A DNA stretch of 57,930 nt, from assembly GCA_943358395.1 (NCBI GenBank), contig CALRGY010000003.1, positions 1-57,930 of the forward strand, written 5' to 3'. Positions 43,901 to 54,103 of the stretch are shown piece by piece (positions within the stretch are counted from its first letter, which is position 1; every line of letters begins with the position of its first letter). The translations under genes and the position numbers were made by a program. The notes under the pieces are model-generated. The model worked only from the letters and a program-made list of their open reading frames with translations. It searched no databases and was not told where the DNA came from. Source of the stretch: Candidatus Uhrbacteria bacterium. Lineage in GTDB: Bacteria; Patescibacteriota; Patescibacteriia; UBA9934.

Positions 43901-44686
43901 TTATGCGGTTACACCACGAACTTTCGGTACTGGCGTAAGAATTTCAGGGCCATTCGGAAGAATTGCGATAGTAACTTCAAAGTGCGCGGCATCACTACGG
44001 TCTGCAGTAATAATCGTCCATTCATCGTCAGAAACTTCAACGTCGTGTGTTCCCGTAGTCACCATTGGTTCAATAGCGATACACATCCCATCAAGAAGAG
44101 GGGCTTTTGGGAAATTCTTTCCACGAAAATTCGGCACGTTTGGCGCTTCGTGTACCGCATGACCAACGCCGTGACCTACCAAAGATTCAACGATGCCATA
44201 CCCTTTTGGGACAGTGTCTTCAACGGCGCCAGCAATATCCATCACCGTATTCCCAATCACCGCAGCATGAACGCCTGCCATCATCGATTCATGTGTGATA
44301 CGAAGCAAAGTCATTCGCTCTTTCGAGATTGATCCGATTGGCACCGTTACCGCCATGTCGGTACAAAGTTCCTTGTACCAGCAACCAATGTCGAGGCCGA
44401 CGATGTCGCCTTCTTCAAGAACAATCTCGCGATTACCCAAACCGTGAACAACTTCTTCATTGCGCGAAATACACACCGTCGCGGGAAACGGCCTACTCTT
44501 CGATCCATACCCAAGAAACGATGGAGTGCCACCCCCAGCCTCAATAACGCCACGAGCAATATCGTCGAGGTGTTTCATGGTCACACCAGGCTTGGCAGCG
44601 TCAACCGCAGCCTGAAGTGCCTTCGATAATAGTGCACCCCCTTCACGCATCGCCTGGATATCTTCTGCTGTTTTAATATTTGCCAT
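43901..44686 (-). CDS. map: Methionine aminopeptidase type I
   Basis: CISRNEEVVHG, DIG, TDMA, GHGVG..VHEAP, AIEPM, HFEVT. Confidence 0.97.
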   Translation of the reverse strand: MANIKTAEDIQAMREGGALLSKALQAAVDAAKPGVTMKHLDDIARGVIEAGGGTPSFLGYGSKSRPFPATVCISRNEEVVHGLGNREIVLEEGDIVGLDIGCWYKELCTDMAVTVPIGSISKERMTLLRITHESMMAGVHAAVIGNTVMDIAGAVEDTVPKGYGIVESLVGHGVGHAVHEAPNVPNFRGKNFPKAPLLDGMCIAIEPMVTTGTHDVEVSDDEWTIITADRSDAAHFEVTIAILPNGPEILTPVPKVRGVTA

Positions 44687-44692
44687 AGAAAA

Positions 44693-45259
44693 TTAACAAC
44701 CTCCCTGTGCCGTGCACACACCATAAATTCGATCCGCCACTTCTTCAACGATACCAACACCGTCTACCTCACGAACCAATCCCTGCGATCGATAATGATT
44801 AATCATCGGCTCTGTGTCTTGATCATATATTTCAAGACGACGACGAATGGCATCTGGCGTGTCATCTGTTCGATGTTCCGTTCGGGATCGATGTGCAATA
44901 CGCTCAATGGAGACTTCGCGAGGAACTTCGATAACAATAACCGCCGTTGGTTTATCATGTTCGGCATACGAATCATACTGATCTTGATTGCGTGGAAAGC
45001 CGTCCAGAATGTATCCGTTTGCACAATCTGGCATATGAAGCCTCGCGCGAAGAACCTCGGCAACAATATTTCCAGGAACAAGCTCGCCCTTTGATTGAAT
45101 AACACGAATGCGCTCTGCAAGATTATCTGTTCCCACAGCAGCATCACGAAGGAGTTGCCCCATTGAAAATTGTGGAATCTTTAATCGTTCAGACAATATT
45201 GCCGCCTGCGTTCCCTTCCCGCACCCCTGTGGCCCAAGGAGAAAAATTCGATGAACCAT
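44693..45259 (-). CDS. adk: Adenylate kinase (short LID)
   Basis: GPQGCGKGTQA, YILDGFPRN, RTDD. Confidence 0.95.
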   Translation of the reverse strand: MVHRIFLLGPQGCGKGTQAAILSERLKIPQFSMGQLLRDAAVGTDNLAERIRVIQSKGELVPGNIVAEVLRARLHMPDCANGYILDGFPRNQDQYDSYAEHDKPTAVIVIEVPREVSIERIAHRSRTEHRTDDTPDAIRRRLEIYDQDTEPMINHYRSQGLVREVDGVGIVEEVADRIYGVCTAQGGC

Positions 45260-45310
45260 AGGAAGAATATGGTGAAAATGATACAGGATTTCACTCAAGC
45301 TCGCAACGAC

Positions 45311-45350
45311 TTTTCAACCCTTAGGGTTGGTCGACCCTTAGGGTTGAAAA
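45311..45350. repeat. Short palindromic doublet (acccttagggttg x2)
   Basis: ttttcaacccttagggttggtcgacccttagggttgaaaa. Confidence 0.5.
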
Positions 45351-45352
45351 AG

Positions 45353-45381
45353 AAAAAACACCGAGTTTTCTCAGTGTTTTT
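45353..45381 (-). terminator. Intrinsic terminator after secY
   Basis: aaaaaacaccgag-tttt-ctcagtgttttt. Confidence 0.65.
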
Positions 45382-45410
45382 CAAAATATAGTTCGCGATC
45401 CTTGGATTCC

Positions 45411-46664
45411 TTACACATCGTACGCACGCATAGTCAACTGTGATTGAACCTGCTTCACAATATCGATAACCACTGAAACAACGATAATCATCGAGGCACC
45501 GCCGATGGCAAGGCTTTGATTGCCGGTAATTCCTTGAACAATATTCGGTAATATTGCGATTGTCGCAAGGAAGAATGCACCGGAAAGCAATAAACGATTC
45601 ATAACCCACTGAAGATATTGGGTTGTTTTTTCACCCGGGCGTACACCAGGAATAAATCCGCCCTGCTTTTGCAAGTTTTCCGAAATTTGCTCCGGACGGA
45701 ATACAATAGAAGCGTAGAAGAAAGTAAACGCGAAAACAAGAACAAAGTACAGCACAGCGTGCACGATATTATTCTGGAAGGTTACCACAATCCATTGCGC
45801 AAGATCACGCACGACCTGTGTGCGAGCTTGCATGAAAAATTGAGCCAATAACGGAGGAAGAACAACGATGGAAAGTGCAAAGATAATTGGAATCATGCCG
45901 CCAATATTCAGGCGCAACGGCAAGCTTGATTGCACTTTTCCCGATGTTTGCCCTCCACGAGCATATTGCACGATAATATTGCGCTGCCCTTCCGTCACCA
46001 CTACCACGCCCACGATGGTAACAACAGCAAGAGCAACGAAGAGAATAATGCTCAAAAAGTCACCAGACGTATACGTCGCAGCTGCCTGAGCAACAGCGGA
46101 AGGAAGACCGGCCATGATACCTGCAAAAATCAATAAAGAAATTCCATTTCCAATCTTACGTTCCGTTGCCAATTCACCAAGCCACATTAAAAATACCGTA
46201 CCCGCTGCCATAGAAACTAAGGCGAACATCAACTGCACACCAGTAAGGGCAATGCCAAGCTGCTGTTGACCCTCAAGCAAGCGCAACACCCCATACCCCT
46301 GAAGAAATGCCAAAGGAACCGTTGCGAATCGGGTGTAGCGCGTAATGCGTTGACGACCCTGTTCCTCTTTTTGTAATTCTTCCAAGCTAGGAAAAATCAT
46401 TCCTAAAAGCTGGAAAATAATGGAAGACGTAATATATGGCGAAATTCCCAAAGCAACAACGGAGAAGTTCGTCAACGTTCCTCCCGAGAACATGTTCAAA
46501 ATACCAAGGAATTGATTCCCTGCTAAAATGGAAGAGATCCCTGATGCATCAATGCCCGGAACAGGAATGTGCGCCGCAACGCGGAACACCACAACCACAA
46601 AGACGATGAACAGAAGTGCATTGCGGAGTTCCGGAATGCGGAAGATGCGTTTCAGAGTTTCCAT
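45411..46664 (-). CDS. secY: Preprotein translocase SecY
   Basis: ALGISPYITSSIIFQLL, GIGNG-like KIGNGISLLIF, GGFIPGVRPGEKT. Confidence 0.98.
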   Translation of the reverse strand: METLKRIFRIPELRNALLFIVFVVVVFRVAAHIPVPGIDASGISSILAGNQFLGILNMFSGGTLTNFSVVALGISPYITSSIIFQLLGMIFPSLEELQKEEQGRQRITRYTRFATVPLAFLQGYGVLRLLEGQQQLGIALTGVQLMFALVSMAAGTVFLMWLGELATERKIGNGISLLIFAGIMAGLPSAVAQAAATYTSGDFLSIILFVALAVVTIVGVVVVTEGQRNIIVQYARGGQTSGKVQSSLPLRLNIGGMIPIIFALSIVVLPPLLAQFFMQARTQVVRDLAQWIVVTFQNNIVHAVLYFVLVFAFTFFYASIVFRPEQISENLQKQGGFIPGVRPGEKTTQYLQWVMNRLLLSGAFFLATIAILPNIVQGITGNQSLAIGGASMIIVVSVVIDIVKQVQSQLTMRAYDV

Positions 46665-46678
46665 ACGTAGAAAAGAAG

Positions 46679-47116
46679 CTAGACGTTTACTGTTCCGCCG
46701 ACCTTCGTGATCTTTTCTGCTGCAGATGCAGAAACGGTACAGTTCTTTACGGTAACTGCAATGGTAATGTCTCCGTTTCCAAGAATCTTTACCGGGGATG
46801 TTTTGCTCAATACGAGTCCTTTTTTAACGAGAGTTGCCGGCGTGACATATTCACCAGCAATATATTTTGAAGTAATAGACTCCAAATTCACCGTCTGTAC
46901 CTTTGGCGTAAGCGATTTAAATCCACGCATCTTCGGCGTTGCAAGCATAAGGCTACGCATACCAAGGCGCTTCAAACCACCAACACCAGAACGAGCACTC
47001 TGACCTTTTTGTCCGCGACCAGCTGTGGTGCCACGCGATCCCAAGCCGCGACCAACGCGACGCTTGTTACGTTTTGCGCCCAATGCCGAACGAAGAGTTG
47101 AAAGAGAAATTGCCAT
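46679..47116 (-). CDS. rplO: 50S ribosomal protein L15
   Basis: RVGRG.GS.GTTAGRGQKGQSARSG, VKILGNG. Confidence 0.97.
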   Translation of the reverse strand: MAISLSTLRSALGAKRNKRRVGRGLGSRGTTAGRGQKGQSARSGVGGLKRLGMRSLMLATPKMRGFKSLTPKVQTVNLESITSKYIAGEYVTPATLVKKGLVLSKTSPVKILGNGDITIAVTVKNCTVSASAAEKITKVGGTVNV

Positions 47117-47117
47117 A

Positions 47118-47756
47118 TTAGGCTGTGATTACCGAAACAGCGTCTGGCTTGCGCAATGCCACAAGAGCCAAGAACGTTGCCTTTGCATTGTTAATCTTAT
47201 TGCTCGATCCCATAAGTTTCGACACTGCGTTTGGAACACCGGCGAGTTCAAGCACCATACGTGCAGGACCACCACACTTAAGCCCCGTACCCTGAGGCGC
47301 AGGCTTCAATAATACGATTGCGGCAGCAAATTTTCGGGTTACTTCGTGAGGAATCGTCTCTTTCACCAACGGAACGGTCACCATGTTCTTCTTTGCTTGA
47401 CGGAATGCTTTTTCCACCGCCATAGCAACATCGGCACCCTTTGCAACACCAAATCCTACTCTGCCACGACGATCACCAATAACTAAACTTGCGCGAAAAC
47501 GCATACGCTTTCCTCCCTTCGTCACACGAGTAACGCGAGCAAGTTCAAGAATTTTCTGTTCAAACTCGCGTGGTTCACGGTCGTCACGACGACCGCCACG
47601 TGCGCCACCCTTTCCACGAGAGTCGCCTCCGCCTGGTCGGTTACCACCCTGACCAGGACGACCACCGCGTCCTGCTGCGCCACGATTAGCGCCAAATGCT
47701 GGTCGTGCAGCTCCGGTTGCTGCTACTGGTGCTGTTGTTTTTGGAGAGTCGGTCAT
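47118..47756 (-). CDS. rpsE: 30S ribosomal protein S5
   Basis: RVTRVTKGGKRMRF, LLKPAPQGTG; Gly/Arg-rich N-terminal extension. Confidence 0.97.
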   Translation of the reverse strand: MTDSPKTTAPVAATGAARPAFGANRGAAGRGGRPGQGGNRPGGGDSRGKGGARGGRRDDREPREFEQKILELARVTRVTKGGKRMRFRASLVIGDRRGRVGFGVAKGADVAMAVEKAFRQAKKNMVTVPLVKETIPHEVTRKFAAAIVLLKPAPQGTGLKCGGPARMVLELAGVPNAVSKLMGSSNKINNAKATFLALVALRKPDAVSVITA

Positions 47757-47759
47757 AGA

Positions 47760-48119
47760 TTAGAACTGAAGTCCGTTTGCACGACATGCTTCCGCAATCG
47801 CCGCAACACGACCATGATAAAGATATGAACCGCGGTCAAACGTCACCGTAGTAATGCCAAGCGCTTTTGCTGCTACCGCAAGAGCAATTCCAACATTCGT
47901 TGCACGAAGTAACGGTTTGTCTGTCCGAAGCATTTTTACATCAGAAGCTGAACATAATGTTTTTCCAACATCATCATTCACCAACTGAGCACTAATGTGC
48001 TTACTTGAACGAAAAACCGTTAAGCGAGGTCGCTCTGCAGTGCCATGAATTTTTGCGCGAGTCCGGAAGGCACGACGTTCTTTTCCGTGACGTTTCGCGA
48101 GGATATTCTTTCGCAACAT
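47760..48119 (-). CDS. rplR: 50S ribosomal protein L18
   Basis: GTAERPRLTVFRS, FDRGSYLYHGRV. Confidence 0.97.
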   Translation of the reverse strand: MLRKNILAKRHGKERRAFRTRAKIHGTAERPRLTVFRSSKHISAQLVNDDVGKTLCSASDVKMLRTDKPLLRATNVGIALAVAAKALGITTVTFDRGSYLYHGRVAAIAEACRANGLQF

Positions 48120-48128
48120 AGGAGAGTA

Positions 48129-48680
48129 TTATTCGCTCTTCGACGCTTTACCAGCCTTACGACGAATAATTTCGTCAGTATAGCGGAAACCCTTTCCCTT
48201 ATACGGTTCAGGTTTTTTCTGAGAACGGATTTCTGCGGCAACTTTTCCAACCAATGCGGCATCAGATCCACTAATTGTAAGAACATTCGCTTCAATCTTC
48301 GCAGAAATTCCTGCAGGTAATACGAATGTTACATCATGTGAAAAACCAAGGGAAAGCATCAACGTCGTGCCTTGCATGCTCATCTTAAACCCAACACCGT
48401 TCAGCTCTAGGGCTTTGACATATCCTTCAGATACGCCTTTTACCATTTGCGCAATGAGTGCGCGCATCGTTCCCCAAATTGCACGATCCTCACGATCTGG
48501 ATCCAAAACAGTCACATCGATCTGCGAAACACCTTCATTCACAGAAAGTGTTGCAGTGGCACGTGGGTGAAGTACAAGCGAAAGCGCACCTTTTGGTCCT
48601 TGTGCAGATACAGTGTTCCCAACAATTGTTGCGGTAACACTAGCAGGCAAGAAGATTGTCTTTTTTCCAATGCGAGACAT
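48129..48680 (-). CDS. rplF: 50S ribosomal protein L6
   Basis: MSRIGKK, GPKG, PEPYKGKG. Confidence 0.97.
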   Translation of the reverse strand: MSRIGKKTIFLPASVTATIVGNTVSAQGPKGALSLVLHPRATATLSVNEGVSQIDVTVLDPDREDRAIWGTMRALIAQMVKGVSEGYVKALELNGVGFKMSMQGTTLMLSLGFSHDVTFVLPAGISAKIEANVLTISGSDAALVGKVAAEIRSQKKPEPYKGKGFRYTDEIIRRKAGKASKSE

Positions 48681-48684
48681 ATAT

Positions 48685-49080
48685 TTAGTAGATTTCGCAG
48701 ATAAGCTCACCGCCCAAACGACGCTTATACGCTTCCTTATTCGTCATCAATCCGTTTGGCGTGGAAAGAATAGAGAATCCTTGACCAGACCGAACGCTAC
48801 GCAAATTATCCGCCTTTACATACATCCGAAGACTTGGTTTGCTCTTCCGAGCAATAGAGGCAATCATCGGTTCGCCAGTCTCACGATACGCAAGGCGCAC
48901 GCGCAACATGGGCTTCGCACCATCCTGAAACGTTTCCACGGCAGAAAGACACCCTTCTTTTTCAAGGATCTTTGCAATGGCGAACTTCATGTTAGACATC
49001 GGCATCTCAGTAGTCACCGCACGCGTCATGGACGCATTGCGGATTCGAGTGAGCATGTCGGAAATTGGATCGGTCATCAT
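48685..49080 (-). CDS. rpsH: 30S ribosomal protein S8
   Basis: DPISDMLTRIRNA, SKPSLRMY, GGEL. Confidence 0.97.
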   Translation of the reverse strand: MMTDPISDMLTRIRNASMTRAVTTEMPMSNMKFAIAKILEKEGCLSAVETFQDGAKPMLRVRLAYRETGEPMIASIARKSKPSLRMYVKADNLRSVRSGQGFSILSTPNGLMTNKEAYKRRLGGELICEIY

Positions 49081-49083
49081 ATT

Positions 49084-49269
49084 TTACCAGCTTGCTTTTC
49101 GAATGCCCGGAATCTCACCAACGTTCGCAAGTTCACGGAAACAGATACGGCACAGGCCAAAGGCTCGCATAAAGAAGCGTTTACGACCGCAGCGCCAGCA
49201 TCGATGAACGATGCGTGTGCTGAACTTTGGCTTTTTTGCCGACTTTGCAATTTGATTCGTCGTTGCCAT
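49084..49269 (-). CDS. rpsN: 30S ribosomal protein S14 (Zn-binding, type Z)
   Basis: RCWRCGR...CRICFRELA..GEIPG.RKASW. Confidence 0.97.
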   Translation of the reverse strand: MATTNQIAKSAKKPKFSTRIVHRCWRCGRKRFFMRAFGLCRICFRELANVGEIPGIRKASW

Positions 49270-49272
49270 ACC

Positions 49273-49821
49273 TTATTTCTTTTCTTTCAAAGCGAACGGA
49301 AATCCGATCGCTTTCAGAAGGGCAAGACCTTCTTCGTGATTTTTGGCGGTAGTCGTGATCGTGACCTGGAGCCCATGGAGCGATTCCACTTCATCTGGAT
49401 GAATTTCTGGAAATGCAATGTGCTCTGTAAAGCCGTAGTTAAAGTTCCCTTGACTGTCGACGGCAGACTCGGGAATACCACGGAAGTCACGGATACGCGC
49501 AAAAGCGATATTCGTGAGCTTCGTAAGGAAGTCCCACATACGCTTGCCGCGAAGCGTTGTCATCACCCCAACCACCATACCTTCACGAACCTTGAATCCT
49601 GCAATGGATTTCTTCGCCTTCGTACGGACGGGTTGCTGACCGGTAATGCGACGGAACGTTTCCACGACAACATCGGCAAACTTCGCATCTTTTCCTTTCC
49701 CGAGCCCAGCATTGATCGTCACTTTCGTGATGACTGGTGTCTCGTGGACATTCGTGTAGCCGAACGCTTTGCGAAGCGCCGGACCAACGGTCGTCTTCAT
49801 TTGTTCTTGAATATTTTGCAT
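49273..49821 (-). CDS. rplE: 50S ribosomal protein L5
   Basis: ITGQQPVRTKAKKSIAGFKVREG, RIRDFRG. Confidence 0.97.
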   Translation of the reverse strand: MQNIQEQMKTTVGPALRKAFGYTNVHETPVITKVTINAGLGKGKDAKFADVVVETFRRITGQQPVRTKAKKSIAGFKVREGMVVGVMTTLRGKRMWDFLTKLTNIAFARIRDFRGIPESAVDSQGNFNYGFTEHIAFPEIHPDEVESLHGLQVTITTTAKNHEEGLALLKAIGFPFALKEKK

Positions 49822-49822
49822 A

Positions 49823-50140
49823 CTACGCGAGTTGAATCACATCCTTCTTGCCCTTGACGCGCAACGTACGGAACTTTTTACCATCTTTGATTTGGTATCC
49901 AATACGTCCTTTGACTCCCCCCTCACCAATCACAGCAACCTTCGATGCCTGGAATGGTGCATTGAACGTGACGCGCTGACCAGCAGCAGTTTTCCCTTTT
50001 GCTTTAATATGCTTCACCGCCTGATTCACGCCATCAACGACGACGAGGCTGCGAGCGGGAAAGGTTTGAATCACTTTTCCCTCTTTTCCTTTATGTTTGC
50101 CCGCGATAACGCGAACGTTGTCTCCAGTTTTGATTTTCAT
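49823..50140 (-). CDS. rplX: 50S ribosomal protein L24
   Basis: MKIKTGDNVRVIAGKHKGKEGKV KOW motif. Confidence 0.95.
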   Translation of the reverse strand: MKIKTGDNVRVIAGKHKGKEGKVIQTFPARSLVVVDGVNQAVKHIKAKGKTAAGQRVTFNAPFQASKVAVIGEGGVKGRIGYQIKDGKKFRTLRVKGKKDVIQLA

Positions 50141-50150
50141 AGGAGAGGAT

Positions 50151-50522
50151 TTAGAGGACTTCAGGAGCAAGAGAGACGATCTTCGTGAACCCTTCCGCAC
50201 GCAATTCGCGGGCGATTGGTCCAAAAATACGCGTTCCCTTCGGCTCCTTTGAAACACGGTTAATGATGACGCCTGCATTTTCGTCGAAACGAATGTAGGA
50301 ACCGTCCTTACGACGAACCTCTTTTCGTGTACGAACGATCACCGCATGAACGACATCACTCTTCTTTACCATCGTATGTGGAGCAGCCTGTTTTACAACG
50401 GCTGTAACAACATCGCCCAAACGGGCGTATCGCTTCTTATATCCGCCAAGCACACGAATGACTTGAAGTTGTTTTGCGCCGGTATTATCGGCGACACTCA
50501 TCATGGATCGATGTTGCAACAT
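50151..50522 (-). CDS. rplN: 50S ribosomal protein L14
   Basis: [28 protein letters not shown]. Confidence 0.98.
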   Translation of the reverse strand: MLQHRSMMSVADNTGAKQLQVIRVLGGYKKRYARLGDVVTAVVKQAAPHTMVKKSDVVHAVIVRTRKEVRRKDGSYIRFDENAGVIINRVSKEPKGTRIFGPIARELRAEGFTKIVSLAPEVL

Positions 50523-50533
50523 ACAAAGTCTAA

Positions 50534-50830
50534 TTACGCCTGAGGCACTGAAACAACACGGAAACGCTTTCGAGCTGAAAGCGGGCGCGTCTCTTCTATC
50601 GTCACTGTATCACCCTCATTCGCAACCATTGTTTCATCGTGTGCCATGAATTTTGTGCTCACAATGTAGCGCTTACCGTATTTTGGATGAATTTCTGTAC
50701 GATCAATACGTACAACGATCGTTTTTGGCGTTTTATGAGCAGAAACAACGACGCCGGTAAAACGACGATGCATTGCTACTGGTACAACGGCTAGCTGTAC
50801 AGCCTGTGATGATGTTTTTTGAGTTGCCAT
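50534..50830 (-). CDS. rpsQ: 30S ribosomal protein S17
   Basis: [38 protein letters not shown]. Confidence 0.96.
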   Translation of the reverse strand: MATQKTSSQAVQLAVVPVAMHRRFTGVVVSAHKTPKTIVVRIDRTEIHPKYGKRYIVSTKFMAHDETMVANEGDTVTIEETRPLSARKRFRVVSVPQA

Positions 50831-50833
50831 ACG

Positions 50834-51028
50834 TTAAAGGGTTGTGATCGCGGAGCGCTGTGTCTCCAGGCGAGCAATGCGTTTCTTGGATTCCCGAACG
50901 GTACGTACCGCTCGCAACTGACCAACAGAAAGCTTCAATTTCATATCACGGAGCTTTGCGCGTTCTTCGGCAACCATTGCCAAAAGTTCTTTTGCGGTAA
51001 GTCCCGCCAATGGGTTCGTTTTAGGCAT
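50834..51028 (-). CDS. rpmC: 50S ribosomal protein L29
   Basis: Position between rplP and rpsQ; GQL...VR..KKRIARLET. Confidence 0.9.
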   Translation of the reverse strand: MPKTNPLAGLTAKELLAMVAEERAKLRDMKLKLSVGQLRAVRTVRESKKRIARLETQRSAITTL

Positions 51029-51031
51029 AGA

Positions 51032-51445
51032 TTAGTTGCGAATAACGATTTTCGTCTTCACGGGAAGCTTGTATGCCGCAAGACGAAATGCTTCTTGTGC
51101 AACTTCCGGCGTCACACCGTCCATCTCAAACATCACAGTGCCGGCACGAACTGGAGTCATATAGTAATCAACTCCTCCCTTCCCCTTACCCATCGGTGCT
51201 TCTGCGCCATGGTTTGTGACAGGATGGTCTGGAAAAATACGGATCCAGATTTTTCCACCGCGCTTAATAGCGCGAGTCATCGCCCGACGCGCTGCTTCAA
51301 TTTGCCGCGCAGTCACCCAGGCTTCAGTAATAGCCTTCAGACCAAAGGATCCAAACGCCACTTCAGTTTTTTGCGTGGCTAAGCGGTCGCCGGTTGTTCG
51401 GCGCTTGTGCCACTTGCGGTATTTCATTTTTTTCGGAAGCAACAT
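51032..51445 (-). CDS. rplP: 50S ribosomal protein L16
   Basis: [22 protein letters not shown]. Confidence 0.98.
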   Translation of the reverse strand: MLLPKKMKYRKWHKRRTTGDRLATQKTEVAFGSFGLKAITEAWVTARQIEAARRAMTRAIKRGGKIWIRIFPDHPVTNHGAEAPMGKGKGGVDYYMTPVRAGTVMFEMDGVTPEVAQEAFRLAAYKLPVKTKIVIRN

Positions 51446-51461
51446 ACAAAGATATCAATTC

Positions 51462-52175
51462 CTATGACCGTGCACCGCGAGAAGACGCGGGACGATGCTC
51501 TGCGGACTCAGTTGGTACCTGTGCCTCTGGTAATGCGCTGAACACATCGCCGCGATAAATCCAGACTTTTACACCAATCACTCCGAAAATCGTATTTGCA
51601 CGCACACGAGCAAAGTCGATATCAGCACGCAAATTATGCAACGGAATGCTGCCATTCGCAATTGTTTCCGTTCGTGCAATTTCCGAACCGTTCAAACGTC
51701 CAGAAAGTGTTAACTTCACACCCTTCGCGCCGCCCTTCATGACACGCTCGATTGCCATTTTCATGGAACGGCGGAATGGAAGACGCTGCTCAATTTCACG
51801 AGCGATCTGATCGCCGATGATTTGTGCAGACATGGTTGGACGAGTGACTTCTTCTACATTGATGTTCAGCGTCACGCGCTGACCACGATAGAATTCCTTC
51901 GAAAGCTTCTTCTTCAGCTCTTCGATTCCTGCACCAGCACGACCAATGATCACACCCGGCTTTGCGGCACGAATGGTGATGGTAACGCGCTTAGGCGTGC
52001 GGTCGATTCCGATAGAGTCCAAACCAACATCACGGAGTGCCTTACGCAAGTATTCGCGAATATTCACATCTTCCTTCAAAGAAGATACGAATTGCTTGCC
52101 GCGAGCAAACCATTTCGAATCCCACGTGTAAATCGTGGAAAGACGGAAGACTTTAGGATTAACTTTATGACCCAT
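51462..52175 (-). CDS. rpsC: 30S ribosomal protein S3
   Basis: MGHKVNP, PGVIIG, GRLNGSEIARTE, LRADID. Confidence 0.98.
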   Translation of the reverse strand: MGHKVNPKVFRLSTIYTWDSKWFARGKQFVSSLKEDVNIREYLRKALRDVGLDSIGIDRTPKRVTITIRAAKPGVIIGRAGAGIEELKKKLSKEFYRGQRVTLNINVEEVTRPTMSAQIIGDQIAREIEQRLPFRRSMKMAIERVMKGGAKGVKLTLSGRLNGSEIARTETIANGSIPLHNLRADIDFARVRANTIFGVIGVKVWIYRGDVFSALPEAQVPTESAEHRPASSRGARS

Positions 52176-52178
52176 AGA

Positions 52179-52520
52179 TTAGGTAGTGATTTTTGGTGAG
52201 ACCACAACGTGAATATGCGACATACGATGACGAATTGGCGTCGCACGCCCCTGTGCACGTGGAGCAAACCGTTTAATCTTTGGGCCTTCGTCGACCCACG
52301 TCTTCGTCACAATAAGCGTTGCAGGATCGAGCTTTGCATTATTCGTTGCGTTTGCAACAGCAGAGTTCAATGCCTTCAACACCGTTCGCGCTGCAAGTTT
52401 TGGAGAAACCATGAGCTGACGACGTGCTTCATTCACGGACTTGCCGCGGATTAATCCCACAACAAGACGCGTTTTACGAGGCGCGATTCGGATAAATTTT
52501 GCGACCGCTTTGACTTCCAT
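52179..52520 (-). CDS. rplV: 50S ribosomal protein L22
   Basis: IRIAPRKTRLV, SAVANA, PRAQGRA, SHI. Confidence 0.97.
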   Translation of the reverse strand: MEVKAVAKFIRIAPRKTRLVVGLIRGKSVNEARRQLMVSPKLAARTVLKALNSAVANATNNAKLDPATLIVTKTWVDEGPKIKRFAPRAQGRATPIRHRMSHIHVVVSPKITT

Positions 52521-52530
52521 AATATTTTAT

Positions 52531-52848
52531 CTAGCGAGCAAGTTTCTTTGCGGCTGGAGCTGCGGCTGGAGCTGCAGCAGAAGTTGCTGCCGCCTTTCCT
52601 GCATGCCGAACGAATTTTCGCGTTAACGAGAATTCGCCAAGCTTGTGACCAACCATGTTCTCTACCACACGAACCTGAATGAATTCACGTCCGTTATGCA
52701 CACCGAAGGTAAAACCTACCATTTCCGGAGTAATTGTGGATGCGCGTGCCCACGTCTTCAGAACCGTTTTATCACCCGCACGAAGATTTGAAACCTTCTT
52801 TGCGAGCTTTGGATCAATGAATGGACCCTTTTTGAGACTTCGTGGCAT
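52531..52848 (-). CDS. rpsS: 30S ribosomal protein S19
   Basis: [20 protein letters not shown]; Ala-rich C-terminal tail. Confidence 0.97.
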   Translation of the reverse strand: MPRSLKKGPFIDPKLAKKVSNLRAGDKTVLKTWARASTITPEMVGFTFGVHNGREFIQVRVVENMVGHKLGEFSLTRKFVRHAGKAAATSAAAPAAAPAAKKLAR

Positions 52849-52852
52849 AGGC

Positions 52853-53698
52853 TTATTTACGCTTTGCGTGTTGACGACGGCGAACGATGAACGCATTGGA
52901 AGGCTTCTTGCTCTTGCGTGTTTTCACGCCGAGCGCTTTCTTTCCGGTTGGCGTCTTTGGCGACGGCATACCGATCGAGTTGCGAGCCTCTCCACCTCCG
53001 TGTGGGTGATCCACTGGATTCATCGCCTTTCCACGAACGGTAGGGCGAACACTGCGATGACGCATACGTCCAGCCTTTCCCCATCGTACCAAACGCCAGT
53101 CTGGATTAGATACAGTTCCAATTGTCGCGAAACATGTTTTTGGCACCATCCGAACTTCTCCAGATGGAAGACGAAGTGTGGCACGCTCGCCTTCGATTGC
53201 AAGAAGTTCTGCTGCAGCACCAGCACCACGAACCATTTTTCCACCACGACCCGGTTCAAGCTCTACGTTATGAACCTGCATACCAACTGGGATCTTCTCT
53301 AATGGGAAACGATTTCCCATTGCTGGCTCACCGCGCTCAAGGGAAGAGACGATTGTCATGCCAACCGTGAGACCAAGTGGAGCAAGAACGTATCGCTTTT
53401 CTCCGTCTGCGTAAGCAAGGAGGGCAATACGGGCTCCACGATTTGGATCGTATTCAATGGTTTGAACTTTTGCTGGAATGTCGTATTTATCACGCTTCCA
53501 GTCGATCAGACGAACATGGCGTTTTGCACCACCTCCACGATGACGAACTGTAATGTGACCCGATGCTCCACGTCCAGCCATCTGCTTTTGCGAGCGCAAA
53601 AGTGATTTCTGTGGCGATGTTGATGTCACGTCTGCGAACGACTGCACGCTTGATTTGCGGCGCCCAGCAGTGGTTGGTTTGTATTGGATAATTGGCAT
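52853..53698 (-). CDS. rplB: 50S ribosomal protein L2
   Basis: [25 protein letters not shown]. Confidence 0.98.
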   Translation of the reverse strand: MPIIQYKPTTAGRRKSSVQSFADVTSTSPQKSLLRSQKQMAGRGASGHITVRHRGGGAKRHVRLIDWKRDKYDIPAKVQTIEYDPNRGARIALLAYADGEKRYVLAPLGLTVGMTIVSSLERGEPAMGNRFPLEKIPVGMQVHNVELEPGRGGKMVRGAGAAAELLAIEGERATLRLPSGEVRMVPKTCFATIGTVSNPDWRLVRWGKAGRMRHRSVRPTVRGKAMNPVDHPHGGGEARNSIGMPSPKTPTGKKALGVKTRKSKKPSNAFIVRRRQHAKRK

Positions 53699-53702
53699 AC
53701 GC

Positions 53703-54101
53703 TTAGACAACAGATGCAAAGACGTCAATCGTCGTTCCCACTGGCAACGAAATCATCGCTTTCTTGAAACTCTTGATGTGCCCGTTCGACTTTCCAAAAC
53801 GCACCGCACGTGGACGAACCGTAATGACGTTCACCTTTACTGGAGTCACGCCATACAATTCTTTAAATGCCTGTTTTACTCCAACGCGTGTTGCGGACAA
53901 TGCGACGCGGAAAACCATAACATTATTTCCCGAAAGCATCGCCGTCTTTTCTGTCACCATTGGTGAAAGAAGTGTGTCGGTTGCAAAACGTGAAAGCGAT
54001 TTTAACGCTGGAGCCGCCGTTGTTTCAACGGAAACCTTCTTCACCGTTTTCTTTGCAGGCTTTGCGAGAACTTCAACTTCAGATGTTGTTTTCTTTGGCA
54101 T
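53703..54101 (-). CDS. rplW: 50S ribosomal protein L23
   Basis: PMVTEK, F.V, KVN, FKKA; Lys-rich N-terminal extension. Confidence 0.94.
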   Translation of the reverse strand: MPKKTTSEVEVLAKPAKKTVKKVSVETTAAPALKSLSRFATDTLLSPMVTEKTAMLSGNNVMVFRVALSATRVGVKQAFKELYGVTPVKVNVITVRPRAVRFGKSNGHIKSFKKAMISLPVGTTIDVFASVV

Positions 54102-54103
54102 AC

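Noticed and set aside
47116-47118. Absence of rpmD (L30) between rpsE and rplO
   Set aside because: Known general feature of CPR bacteria; used only for taxonomy.
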